Origin: Yuukianura sp. NJ FZ-2021
Taxonomy: Eukaryota
Assembly: GCA_046563655.1 (NCBI GenBank)
Contig: CM102284.1
Location: 4,836,001 to 4,900,000 of the forward strand
Length of the DNA: 64,000 nucleotides
Reading direction: 5' to 3'
In this document: one piece after another, positions 12,033 to 27,370 of the stretch
Position numbering within the stretch: the first letter of the stretch is position 1
Layout of the letters: the number at the start of each line of letters is the position of its first letter
The notes under the pieces: generated by a model
Told to the model about the DNA's origin: nothing
Databases searched by the model: none
What the model saw: only the letters and a program-made list of their open reading frames with translations
Position numbers and translations under genes: made by a program

Positions 12033-13812
12033 CTAATTGTTTTCCAGGGCTGGACAAGTTTTACAAGATTTTGGACAGTAGATGGTCATGTAGTCTCGGT
12101 TGTCCGGATGAGTACATTCGCCATCACCAGCCCACTGATCACACATTTCAGAGTAGTTTGCACAATTTTTGTCTAAAACATATTTAGAAAAGGGTTTTCT
12201 TGTAGAATTTTTGAAATTTTTTGAAACTTTTGAAAAAATTTCACTTTAAGAACTTTTTGTGACTAACCTGTAGCACTCGGACAAGACTCTCGACAGGTCA
12301 AGCCGATCCACGCTGAGCTGCAGGCTCCAAGTCTTGCAAATTCTTTGCAGTTTGGGTGAAAGTCAAACTTCATTCGGTTGACCTCCGGGGTCACTGCGGG
12401 TATTGGGTTGGAGCAGTTGTAGAACGTGTTGATTTTTAATTTGTCAAGCTGTAAAAGTATGATTGTGATTAAGATTAAGCAGGAGAAGCTTAGTTAGGCT
12501 AACTACGATTAACGTATATAGTTATACGTTAGATTAGGTTTACTTCGCTTAAATTTTGTCGTTGACCCATTTGACCTCCTTTGTCTTCCTTTTTATTTGG
12601 AAATATCGTTTGAAGTCCCTCTTTCTTTGCAAAAGCGAACTGATTGTAGTGCGTAATTGACGCAATGTCGTAAGGTCCTGCGTAGTTGGCCCTTGGAGGC
12701 GGAATTTTGAAAAAGTTGTGTTTTCCATCTAAAATCGAAAAATTTCAAATTTTAGTGAAAGGAAGATCAACGGAGGTCAACGGTCACTGACCTTCTGAAA
12801 CATTGTAGAAGGAAATCCTAACATGATCGTCTCTGTCCATGCGACACTGCTCATGCTCAAATCCAATCACATGCATAAATTCGTGCAATACGCTGCCAGG
12901 GGTCATGCAGTCATCGTTCAAGGTCACCAACTGCTCCCCTCCAAGCCGTCCCACATAGCTCCCACAAGGCTTTGACCTTGGCGTTTTGGTGATGAATACA
13001 AAGTCTTTGTGAAACAACTTTGTGATGAAATTGATACAGGAAACTTGTCTCAAACGTGCAATTGCTCTTGCAATTGTTGCCCGTTCGGTCAGTCCTGAAA
13101 GCAAGCCAAAACTGTTTTCAATGGAAAGTTGACCTCAGTCACTACAGGTCAAAGGTCATCTCAAAAACATGTTTTAGAATTCGGTGTTACCAAATTGAAA
13201 ATCGACAAAGTACGGAACATAACCGTTGTCCCATTTGTTGAACGTGGGTTGATCTTTAGATCTTTGAGTTCCTAAAAGAAGAAATTCAATTTTCAAAACT
13301 TTCCAAATTTTGAAAAACTTCCAATTGAATTTCAAATAAAATTCTTATACCATGAAGATCATTCCGTAGGATTTCACAGTTCTGAAAAACTTTCGTCGTT
13401 GCCGACTCCTCGTGTGCTAAAAACGAAAACCTTTCTTTTGTTATAGTCCTTACTATTTTACATACAATCCAAAAATGTAAATTTTCAAAATACTTACCAA
13501 AAAATGTTCGAGCATTTTGAAAGTCTTGTGGGTTGAGTGGTTCTCCAGGAAGATTTATCTAGAGTATCATTGAACCGAATAATACATAAAATGAAGAACA
13601 AAAGCCGAGAACCCGTACGAACCAACCATTTTTTGAAAAAAAAAATCAAAATTCGTAAATTTTGTAACCTCGGTTAAGTCTGATTTCCGCTCCGACAGAG
13701 CATCTCTACCAGCACTACACACTTTGAAAGCACTGTTCCAGAACAAAAAAGCTACTAAAATGTGCTCGAGCTTCAAAATTTTAGAAATTAGTGAAAGTGC
13801 TACTGGACCCAT
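12033..13812 (-). CDS. Secreted astacin (M12A) zinc metalloprotease with C-terminal ShK-like domains, multi-exon
   Basis: Signal peptide in exon 1, propeptide GEPLNPQDF, KWDNGYVPY, zinc motif HEFMHVIGFEHEQCRMDRD, Met-turn region YDIASITHY, and C-terminal CANYSEMCDQWAGDGEC...YMTIYCPKSCKTC. Confidence 0.9.
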
Positions 13813-16800
13813 TGTATTTTTTTCTGGAACGAGGAATTAAAAAATTCTGACTGCACTGGTAGAGCCTCCTTTCCAGAAAAACTGGAGCGGAACAAAAATT
13901 TACTAAAAACCAACAGAAGAGTCATGCACAAATTTATGCTGCCTGCATCCGATTGACCCGCTTATGTCAACATATCTCTAAACACTTTTGTTATAACCTC
14001 CACGTGCCATGGTCGACATTTTGGCTTGCTAATTCAAAACTGCCGCGTTACGTTTGCATCACTTGCATAAAGTTAACACACGCTGAATAGGAAGTACCAT
14101 AACATCAACACACTGTGAATAGGAAGTTCTACAGATACAGTCCTGGAAGAACGAGGGCGAAAGACATTGAAATATCAAAGGGAAAATGGTCTACTTTGAA
14201 ATAAACGAATTTTGGAGAAAGACTAATTAAAATTGACACTTGAAAATTAAGTGGAAACTGTGATCTGTTTTCAAGTGACGAGTGGAGTGCTCTTGACTTT
14301 GGCTCCTTGATTAATAATTAAAACTAATTTGAAAATTGGTTAGGATGACCTCGAAAGGCAGTTACCTGTGACCTTTGAAGAGATGCGAAGCACAGGGCGT
14401 TACGTAATGAAGATGAATTATGGAAAAAAGAGAAAGTAAAACTTTTTTGATTTTTAATGAATATAATATATTTTTTTTATAATTGAGCAACTTCCGAATT
14501 GCGGATTTTAATTTCCGGGGCTCATCCCATTATCTTCTTCAATTTCTTTGGTTTTCTCTCCTTCCACATTTTGATCTCTCTGATTCTGCTAAAAAAGGAC
14601 AGGAAGAAATCTTGCAAGATTTTTGTAGGAGCCTAATCTTTCAGCTTCTCCAGAGCATTTCATGTCCAACATGAACGGAAAGTTATGCTCGGTGGGGTAT
14701 CGGCACATTGATGGACGGATACATACGGACGCAAAACATTAATCAAAGTTAATTTACTAACTTACTAAATAGTTACAATCACAGCCTGTCCATCATTTTC
14801 GTCCATGGGTTGATCGGTCCTTAAGTGTCCGTAGATGAGGGTTCAGATACCTTTCTCCAGAAACAAACGTGGAAGAAAATAGCAGAGAAAATTTCCTAAC
14901 TTTCCCCAAACTTGTCAATAATCCTTAAGACGAAATTGTTATAAGGAACATAATAAAATGAAACTGGATTACGCAAGTTACTTTTTCATCAGGAAATGAA
15001 GCGTTTTTAGTGCGTAAGTTGATAATCTAAAATAACGATAAAAATCTAAGTAATTGCTTCCTTTTTCTTCTGTTTGCGTAAATTTATTGCTAAAAATAGA
15101 AACAACAAATTTAGGAAAGAAATGTTTTCAAAATTCTTGAAGTTGCAGAAGATCCAAGGCAGGAGAGAGCAATAAGGTGACTCAAAGTTTGTGAAGTTTC
15201 AAAATTTAATTTCCAAAATATTGGCATGTTGTGTAAAAGTTTAACTTTTGTTCAAACTCAATTACAAAACAAATCTGTTTCTAAAACTGCACAACTCTTC
15301 TGGAAGTAAAAGCAGAGGAAGTAAATCTACTAGGACGAAAAAAGAGTTCGGAGAAAGTAGCTAAACCAATTTTTAAAAAGAAAGTTTTTCTTAGTTCATT
15401 TTTTCAAAATCTCTTGTTGTCAAATTTTGATTTTTTTTCATTTTTAAAAAAACTGCTTCGAACGAACTGTCAACCAACAGGCACGTCTTCATTATTATAC
15501 GAAAGGCATAACTTTTTTTTTGGGTTGTGCGTTAGGAAATGTCACTCGCTTTTTGGCAGAAAAGAGAAAATTGGTTGAAGTAAGAATTTACTTTGGTCTT
15601 GTGTCTCTCCCACTCACAAACTTTTCCCGTATTTCTTCAAAAAAAAACTTTATACTTTTTCAGTTTTTGAAAATGAAATTTCCAAAGGTGGCTCAACTTT
15701 TTTGACATGCCTAGACAAGAACCAAAAATCAAATTTGAGCACAATCACCTTTCGGGCTTTTACAGAAATAAAATTGTGCAATCTTTGGTCAATCTAAAGT
15801 TTCTGTTTGAATTCTTAAAATCTACCGCCTATTTCAATTTATTTTCAGCAGTGCTTTTCTAGAAAGAAAGTTTAAGTTTGTACTTCAATCGGGACTTTCC
15901 CGCTTGAATGTTTTTTAAATGTGACCTCTTGACCTTTATCGGAATGTGTGATCTGTCTAGCTGCTCTTTGACTTCAGGTGACACTTCAAAGGAACTTGGC
16001 ATATCTTAGTGTTTCGGATGTGTCAAAGCTGTTGAAATTGTACAAGAACGGTGCGAGATGCTGCGGAAGAGCAACCATACTACTTCCACTTGAAAACAAA
16101 TTGATTCTTCTTTCACTGCTTTCACTTTCCCGTTCATTAAATTGGAGAAAAGAAAGCACATCTTGGTTGAAGTAAGTATAAAGTTCACACGTGTAGTTCG
16201 GCTAGGACTAGCCAATCAATACCATACCAACTTAACAGCCTAATAACACAACTTTACATGCCAAACTCACCAGCATAACCTAATCTAACATAATTTTTTA
16301 AATTCAAAGAGAAACTGAAATTAATTTACTAAAATTTAACCAATCAGCATCCTTCAGTTGTTTGTAAATTTCGCGCTCGGATTTATGGTCACACCGTAGG
16401 GGTTACCCTTACTTCAACCAATGTATCTTACGTTTTGCGTCACCACGAAATCAGATTTCTAGAAGTCAAATCCCAACACCTATATATTTAGAAGATGAAA
16501 TCATGCAAAACACTACACAGCACAAAGGGTTAGCATGAAAGTGAAAGTGACAGAGGAACTTTCACTTTCTAATAACTTCCTTCACCTTCCCTTCCAGCCC
16601 GCTTCCTTCTTCTTCCCCGAAAATCCAAACACGCTTGTCTTCTTTTTAACCCAAAAATTCAATTGTCAAAGATTTTCATTTCCTTCTTTTCGCATCTTTC
16701 CTTCCTCCATTTTGTATAGAAATTCGAAATTCTTTTGAGGTCATTCACCTTTCCCGCAAATCGCTTGAGGATTCTGAGCTTCGACGTAACTTCGTGAATA

Positions 16801-18044
16801 AGGTAGCTTTTCTTTTTGTTCAAGAATTTGACATTCCTGGGAACTTCTTTTTTAGAAAGCACATAAAAATCCAAGCCTTTTCAAAATTTTTGGCTAGAAA
16901 GTATGAATTCCCTGCGTGGGGATTTTGATTTTCGCTAGCCTAGTCAATTTAGCATATTAGACAGATATCCTCCGCAGGACGTAAAAAACGAAACGAAATC
17001 CTTTAAGACACTAAGAAGCCGTGCGCTGCTGAATTCAAAACGATATTTTTCGTTTCCTTTCTTCAGCGATGTACTGCTGATACACTGAAATGTACTGGAG
17101 GCTTTTCCTTGTTATGAAATTCAAATAAGTTTTATCGTAAAAGAAGCTGGGAGTTTACTAAAACGTGGAACAGTTAGGCTCGCACCGCTTTGTAAGCAGT
17201 GACAGCCCAACCCTAAACGGATTTCCGCTCAAAGTTTCCATAATTCAAGTGAAAGTAAAGGAAATGGATTTCCTTTCACTTGCAAGATTGATTGAGACTG
17301 TGTGTCTCCGTGGTCACTGCGGCGGTTCCGTCTGATCGCCGTATTTGAAATTCTGCTATATTGCACAATTTTCCTAATGGTCATGGCAGTGGTCGATTCT
17401 CAAGAGACGGCAAATAGGAAAAGTTACGGTAAGATTCCTGTTTGGTTTGTCCCACCATCAAAGTTTAGTATGAAAGGAATAAAAAAAAAGAAGACGTACA
17501 AACTCTGGACACAACATCAATCATTTTCTGTAAACTTTTTAGTGTCTGTACCTTACCGCTAAAGCGAGACTATTTTGGAAATATATTTTCATGTGCCTTG
17601 TACTAGAAGTTCCAGCATTCAGCATCTTGCTTGCAGAAGTAAAAAAAAGAAGATTTCCTAAGAATTTATTTCTGTCATGTTTCCTTTTCTTCAACGTTTA
17701 CGGAAGTTAAGGGGGTTGTGCTACTGTATAGTATCGAGAAGTGAAAGGGCTGGAACTGGAGCGTTTCTGAAAAGAAAAAGAACGCTGCAAGTGAAAAGTT
17801 CACATAAATAATATTCTTTGTCCGAAAGTATTTACATAAGTCTGAAAGTGAAGAGATGGGCTTTTCCTGTAACGGCTTTAGCTTCTGGAATCCATGGAAA
17901 TACAACACCGGAGCTATTCTTCCAGGAAGATTTTCTTGGCAGGAAGAATTTAAGGCTGTTTTTGCTTCTCCAGGTGCTTTGGGTTTAACTTTCTCTGCTT
18001 TTAGACAGGCAGAGAGAGACTTAAGTTTGTCCAGGAACACCTTT

Positions 18045-19042
18045 TTAGATTCCGTTAGAGCCGATGAGGTAAGCCGTTAAAACAAATCCAATTGCAGAGA
18101 AAAGTCCAACAAAGAGGCCAAACCAGCCCATGAGAGCTATGATCAGTCGATGTGTTCCAAAAATTTGATGAAAACAGCCACGCGTGTGCAGAAAGTAAGT
18201 AGAATTGGGATGGTTTGGTAAACAAAGGAACCCGCATTCCATGGAATTATGAAGGTCATCTGCTGATGTACTAAGGTTACTTGGGCTGGAAGACTTGATG
18301 CTGGGCTGACCTTTGACATTTGACAGCTTGCAGCAACTTCTGGGTACTTTGAGACTCGTTCGGCCAAATTCAACGTCTTGCCAGTCCATGAAACTGTTTA
18401 CACCACAACACTGTTTCAAAATGATTAAAACTAATTTCAATTTGACAATTAAGTTACAATAAGGAATGATTGTTTACCTGACTAGTTTGCTGTAGATTGT
18501 CGATAAGGTCAACAACGTTCCTCCGTACCACTTTTCTTCTGGATTCGTCTTCATATTGTTGCATTAGAGTAAACATGTTGCGTTTGGCCACGGACATGTC
18601 AAGGGTGAAAGCACTTCCAGATGCAGTAAAAGTGACGAGAACAATGAATCCCAGAATGGTGCAATAAGTCATCCAGAGGTAAGCTTTCTTCTTGTTAAAA
18701 AGTGCAAAGAATCCCAATATCGAATTTGAAATTATCACGGCTGTAAAAATTATAAAAAATCAAAGTTAAGAGTAAGTTGATATTTAAAAAAAAACGAAAA
18801 ATATTTGAAACCTTACAGCCGACGGTGTAAAAAGCGACACGCATTCTCCTTGTGAGATTCAAATGAAGTTCTGGAACGATTTTTTTCTCTAGAAGATTCC
18901 TCAAAAGTAGAGGAACTATGATCATTAATATTCCAGAAAGAATTGAAACGATATGAAAAATTATAAATCCGAGTCGTATTCTCCTCTGGCGACTTGGCGA
19001 ATTAGTCGATGATGTCGGATGACTTTTCGTACTACCTGGCAT
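18045..19042 (-). CDS. Tetraspanin family protein (3 exons)
   Basis: Four hydrophobic segments; large extracellular loop with CCG, PRSCC and GC cysteines. Confidence 0.85.
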
Positions 19043-19673
19043 GCCTAAACTGAACCGATTTCTATTGACGATGAGTTAAAACTAGAAATACTCTTAATTT
19101 AAACGAAATTACAACTCGCGAAATGTTTTTCAATCTTATTCCGGAAGCTTCGGATAAAGTGATGCGAAAGCGAAGATTATAAATATTTGCAATTTTAAGC
19201 TAAATCCTGTTGTTATGAAGAACTCAACTAAAAGTGGCATTTTTGCAGATTTTCAAAGTGAAAATAGGTTAGGTTAGGTTAACCTAACCTAACAAAATAA
19301 ACCAGAAACTGCAAAATAAAATAAAACCACAACGAAAATTTCAGTTCTACTACTTTGATTAGTGAATTACTATCTTATTTTCTTATTTCGAACAAAAAAA
19401 AATCATCATCGTGATGATAATACAATAAGTAACAAATCGCTTGACTCTAATAATTGAGAACAAAAATGTTTTAGTTAGTAGTTCGATTGTTGTATTGTAA
19501 TCAACCCTCTCATCAGTCGAGCTATGCCAGAACGTAAATACGGTTGTGTCTGTCTCATGTTATTAGTAGCCCTGCCTGCCCTGTCACCTAAAGACTACAA
19601 TATAATAATGTTGAGATTCGAACTTCGTCCAGAAGAGTGTCGAGTGTATATGAAGAAGTGTTAGTATTTCAGC

Positions 19674-20645
19674 TCACCACATTGAATACTCAGCATCGTC
19701 GCTTCCAAAGGTTAAGAAGAAGCCTAATATTGTAAGGTAGACTACAATATTTGCTCCCATTGTGAACCAGCAGGCTGACGCGGTGATCTAAACAGAAAAG
19801 TCAAAGCAGAACCCTTGCTTTTTATAGATGCACAAACCAGAACGGAACACAAAAGCCACCAAAGCAAATTAAACGAGTGGTTCTTACCACTGGGTCTGTA
19901 AAAGGGTGACGAGCGAGAACGATTGGTAACCCGAATGACGAAATTACTATTCCAATTGTAAGAAATATGGCCAATTCTTGACAGGAATTAGAAGCGCTGC
20001 CCATGCCAATTGAATTATAGCGTTTCGAGAGGATGAATGGAATAGGTGACATCATGTAAAACAATACGACAAAGAATGAATACCAACTGCAAACATAAAA
20101 CAGTAATTTAGGCAATGACGTAGATATAATGTCGCCGAGAACTTTTGAGTCATGATGAAACTCACTTTGCATCTTCTTTACCCTCTTTTCCTCCAGTGGC
20201 ACAACCGACGATGAGCAACGTCATCCCAACAGATCCGAAAAATGCCAGTCCTACCAAGCTAAAATACCGAACAGTATACACATGAATAACATTGTTCTCT
20301 CAATGAAATGAAATTCGTAAGTTAGTAAATAACTTACGCTGCCATGTTGGTAATCATCATTATGAATTTGAATTTAGTATGTTTGTAGGCGAGCCAGCCA
20401 AGTTACGAATTGGTTTTCGGAGCGGGTGAAGAAATCGAACAGTCAATCCGACAGTTTCACAACAAACGAAGTAGCAGCAACAGGAAGTATGGTGAGACCG
20501 TGAAAGTAAATGTCCAAGTCCATCATTGTAGAAATAAATAGTTTAAAGAAATTCGATAATCAATTTCCGTCAAGGTATTACGTAAATGAGTCATCTTAAA
20601 ATCAATGATACTCTTCTTCGTTTCGTTACCTTTGAGTCCTGCCAT
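19674..20645 (-). CDS. LEPROT: LEPROT/OB-RGRP (Vps55 family) membrane protein
   Basis: Exons 20645-20630 (MAGLK), [20338], 20258-20166 ([20 protein letters not shown]), 20086-19888 ([39 protein letters not shown]) and 19787-19674 ([28 protein letters not shown]). The 5' exon structure is ambiguous (see findings). Confidence 0.92.
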
Positions 20646-22013
20646 GGCTTTACTTTGTTTCAAGTGATTTACGAAACTCCGAATCCAGCAACAAAAGTAG
20701 GTCCGGAAACTGTTAATTGGTCTAATTTGGCAGTGACTAACTCTGTCTGATTAATGTTGACTGAATTGGCGCTGTTTAATTTCCCTATCTCATTTTTATC
20801 TCGCTACTTGTCACAGTTTTCTAAACAGTTTCATTTAATTTTTTGTTGTTATGTATTCCCTTGCAGCTTTTCTCCACCCTCCTGTTTTTAGCACGGGGGA
20901 CGAGTTCACGAGTTCAGCGAATCCAACCAGCTGCCTGCAAAATTAATTTTGCGAATTACGGCAACAATGCACAGAATGCGGAACTAACGTGAGTTGTGTG
21001 CCATAATAATCAATAATGTATTTCTGTTTAAAATTTTAATCTTTGTAAATCACGTTTATTCTTCCTCTTGAGAGTTAATGAGACTACAGCTCATTCTAAG
21101 CAAAGATAAGCACGTCTTGTTTTGTTTGAACTGAAGTAGATACCATAGGCATTTTCTCAATCAGATTTTTAAAATCCGAAATAAAATTCTTTTTTCTTCT
21201 ATAAAAACAGTTTTCGAATAGTAAAAAAAGCTAATCTTACGACTAATACAAAGAGAATAATAATCAACCTAAATCAAAGAAAAAGAAATTGCAATGTAAA
21301 GTGTCAGAAAATAGCATTCATTTATAGAATTTGAGCTACTGTGCTAACTCTACTGTGGTAATCCTACTCAGGTTGGAATTTTTATATTATTTGCATATTT
21401 TTCGAACTTTTAAAACTACAAAGATTTAATTAGGTTTGAAATTTGTAAAGCACTAGGGAAAATAGAAAAAATCAGTGATACTATAGATCTTACTTGTGTA
21501 AGACCACTTATCGTGGGTACAATGAAAAAATGAATGAAAATTACAGCATTTACTCGAATAAATAAATAAAAATGTGATCGAAAAAAAGACGTAAAATCAA
21601 GTGTGTTTTTGATAAAAGTTAGAACAGTCTCGATGGACTGTCAACTGCATGCTGTTGCCCTGTGGCAGCATAACTCTAGTAAAATTTTTTGATGTGTAAT
21701 GGCATGGCAACGTGGGATGACAAGTACAAAGAAGTTGGTGTTTTCTAAAACGTCAGTCATTGCACACAGCATCATTTTGTCCTACGTGTTTTTAGCCGAC
21801 ACAAAGATTTGTCTTCACTTTTTGGTGTTCATTCGGAGAGGTCAGTCATTCTCTCTGTCAGGTCAGTTCAATAGTCTTCTAGTTTTTGAAAGTCATATTG
21901 GTGTATACGCACAAGGAAGTAGAGTATCCACGGGTTGGAATTGGATTTGAGTCAGTGGCAGTCATTCGATTTCTGGACAAAGTCACATATTCGTATCAGG
22001 ATCAAAGTCAGAA

Positions 22014-25630
<3,617 letters not shown>

Positions 25631-27370
25631 CTACTCCCTAGAATTCCTCCAATTGAATATAACACCATCACATCTAAACATTACGTTAATTAATCCTTCA
25701 CAAATTCTAAATTGTTCAACCTTCACCTAATGTTAAGACGTCAAGGTGAATTTGGTTAATCAATCCCGTTGGATTTATAAGAACTTAAATATTACTAGAA
25801 TTAAAATGCATTTTTTTTCGTGGGGAAAGGTGTGAAAATTTGATTCTTCGAATTTCAGAAAAAGAATTTATAATTAACTTTGTAAATAAAAAAAAACTGT
25901 GTTTAGAAATCCATGAATTACCGTGTTAATTAGATTCCTTGTACTTTATACAATGAATAAAATGTAATCAATTTAGTAATAGATACACTCAAATTTTGAC
26001 GAAATTTCGAGAATTTAAAAAAACAATTCTGAAAAGTCCGAACGAACATCGTTTTTGGCTGCTATTTGAAAAAAAAATTGCATGAACAGGAATTTTTTCT
26101 TACAAAGTTTCAAAGGCACTTTTTGGTTTTTGCACTAAATTATGTGGAAAGATGGAAATTTTTGCAACTGCAGTTTTAAAAATCGCTGCAAAGTGAATTT
26201 TTTAAAAGTTTTAAAAGCGAATAATTGTGCTTGTGTTTTTGAAAGTTGTTGGGGAGGCCTTTGTGAGAGTAGAAAACGAGACAGGGGATTATACGAAGCG
26301 AAGAGGCAGGTAGCCTCTCTCTGCTTTTGGGATTTTTGTATGGGGAGATCACCAGCGGGAAAAAGGTTGAGGAAGGAGAGGAGCCTTTTTGCGTCGCCTA
26401 ATATCCGCATAACTCCGGTCAGTTTTCAAACCTCACAAGAACTCCACAAGTCCACAACCTCACAACTTCACAATGCAAAATCTATTTCCAAAAATTAATT
26501 TCTTTTTCAAAATTCATAACTTAGGAGCGAAATGGTTTTAATTGCTAATAATTAGCAATTAGCAAGCAAACAATTTTTTACGCCATAATACCGAAATCAA
26601 AAGCCTGATTTTTTTTTATGAAATTCACCTGAACTGCAACTGCACAAGGGATTTTTCATTTGATGCAATCTTGAAGATGCGTTTTTTGCAAACTTTTTGC
26701 ACCAACTTTTTTAATTTTTAATTGTATTAAAAATCTGATATTTTAGAGCAATGATAATAAGATTAGCCATCAAATTTTTTATGACACCATTTCATTCCCT
26801 CATTTATTTATATAAGTCAGATATACAATTGAACTATTATTAAAATTAAATGAATTCTTAAGGGGGAGCTTCTGCAAGTACTAAATATAAACTGAAAAGT
26901 AAGTTTGATTCTCAGATATTTCTTAATTGTTTTAAAGGAAAAGGTTATGGTTAGAACAAACTAACGTAAAGACGTATTACCAAATAGATTAGTTGTGATG
27001 CTCTCTTTTCTTTCGTCGAGGTCAAAGGTCATCCGAATCCTATAATGCACTATTAACTGAACCTTAGGTATAGTTTTACTGACAAGGTCAACGGACGAAA
27101 GGTAAGCAGTTAACTTACAACTAAAATTGCTTAGGTATTCCCTCTGGGGCCACTTTTTAGTTCAAATCCTACTGAGGAGGAGGAGCTAAGTGAGAACAAA
27201 CATTTACATTTGCCGGAGTAGTAAGACCTAACTGGAATTGATTTGAATTTAAATGGTTCTTATAACAATTACACAAGGTGAACGAGTGTAACTCTATGTT
27301 AAGCCGATTTAAAGTCTAAGTGAGTGTTGGGCTACTAACTTAGCTTGGCTGTAACAATGGTTTTGGTACT

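Noticed and set aside
16910-16977. Imperfect ~70-nt hairpin as a pre-miRNA or snoRNA
   Set aside because: Many bulges and no recognisable mature sequence or box motifs.
17302-17428. Signal-peptide-like ORF ending at a GTAAG donor
   Set aside because: No in-frame ATG ahead of the hydrophobic stretch and no convincing downstream exons.
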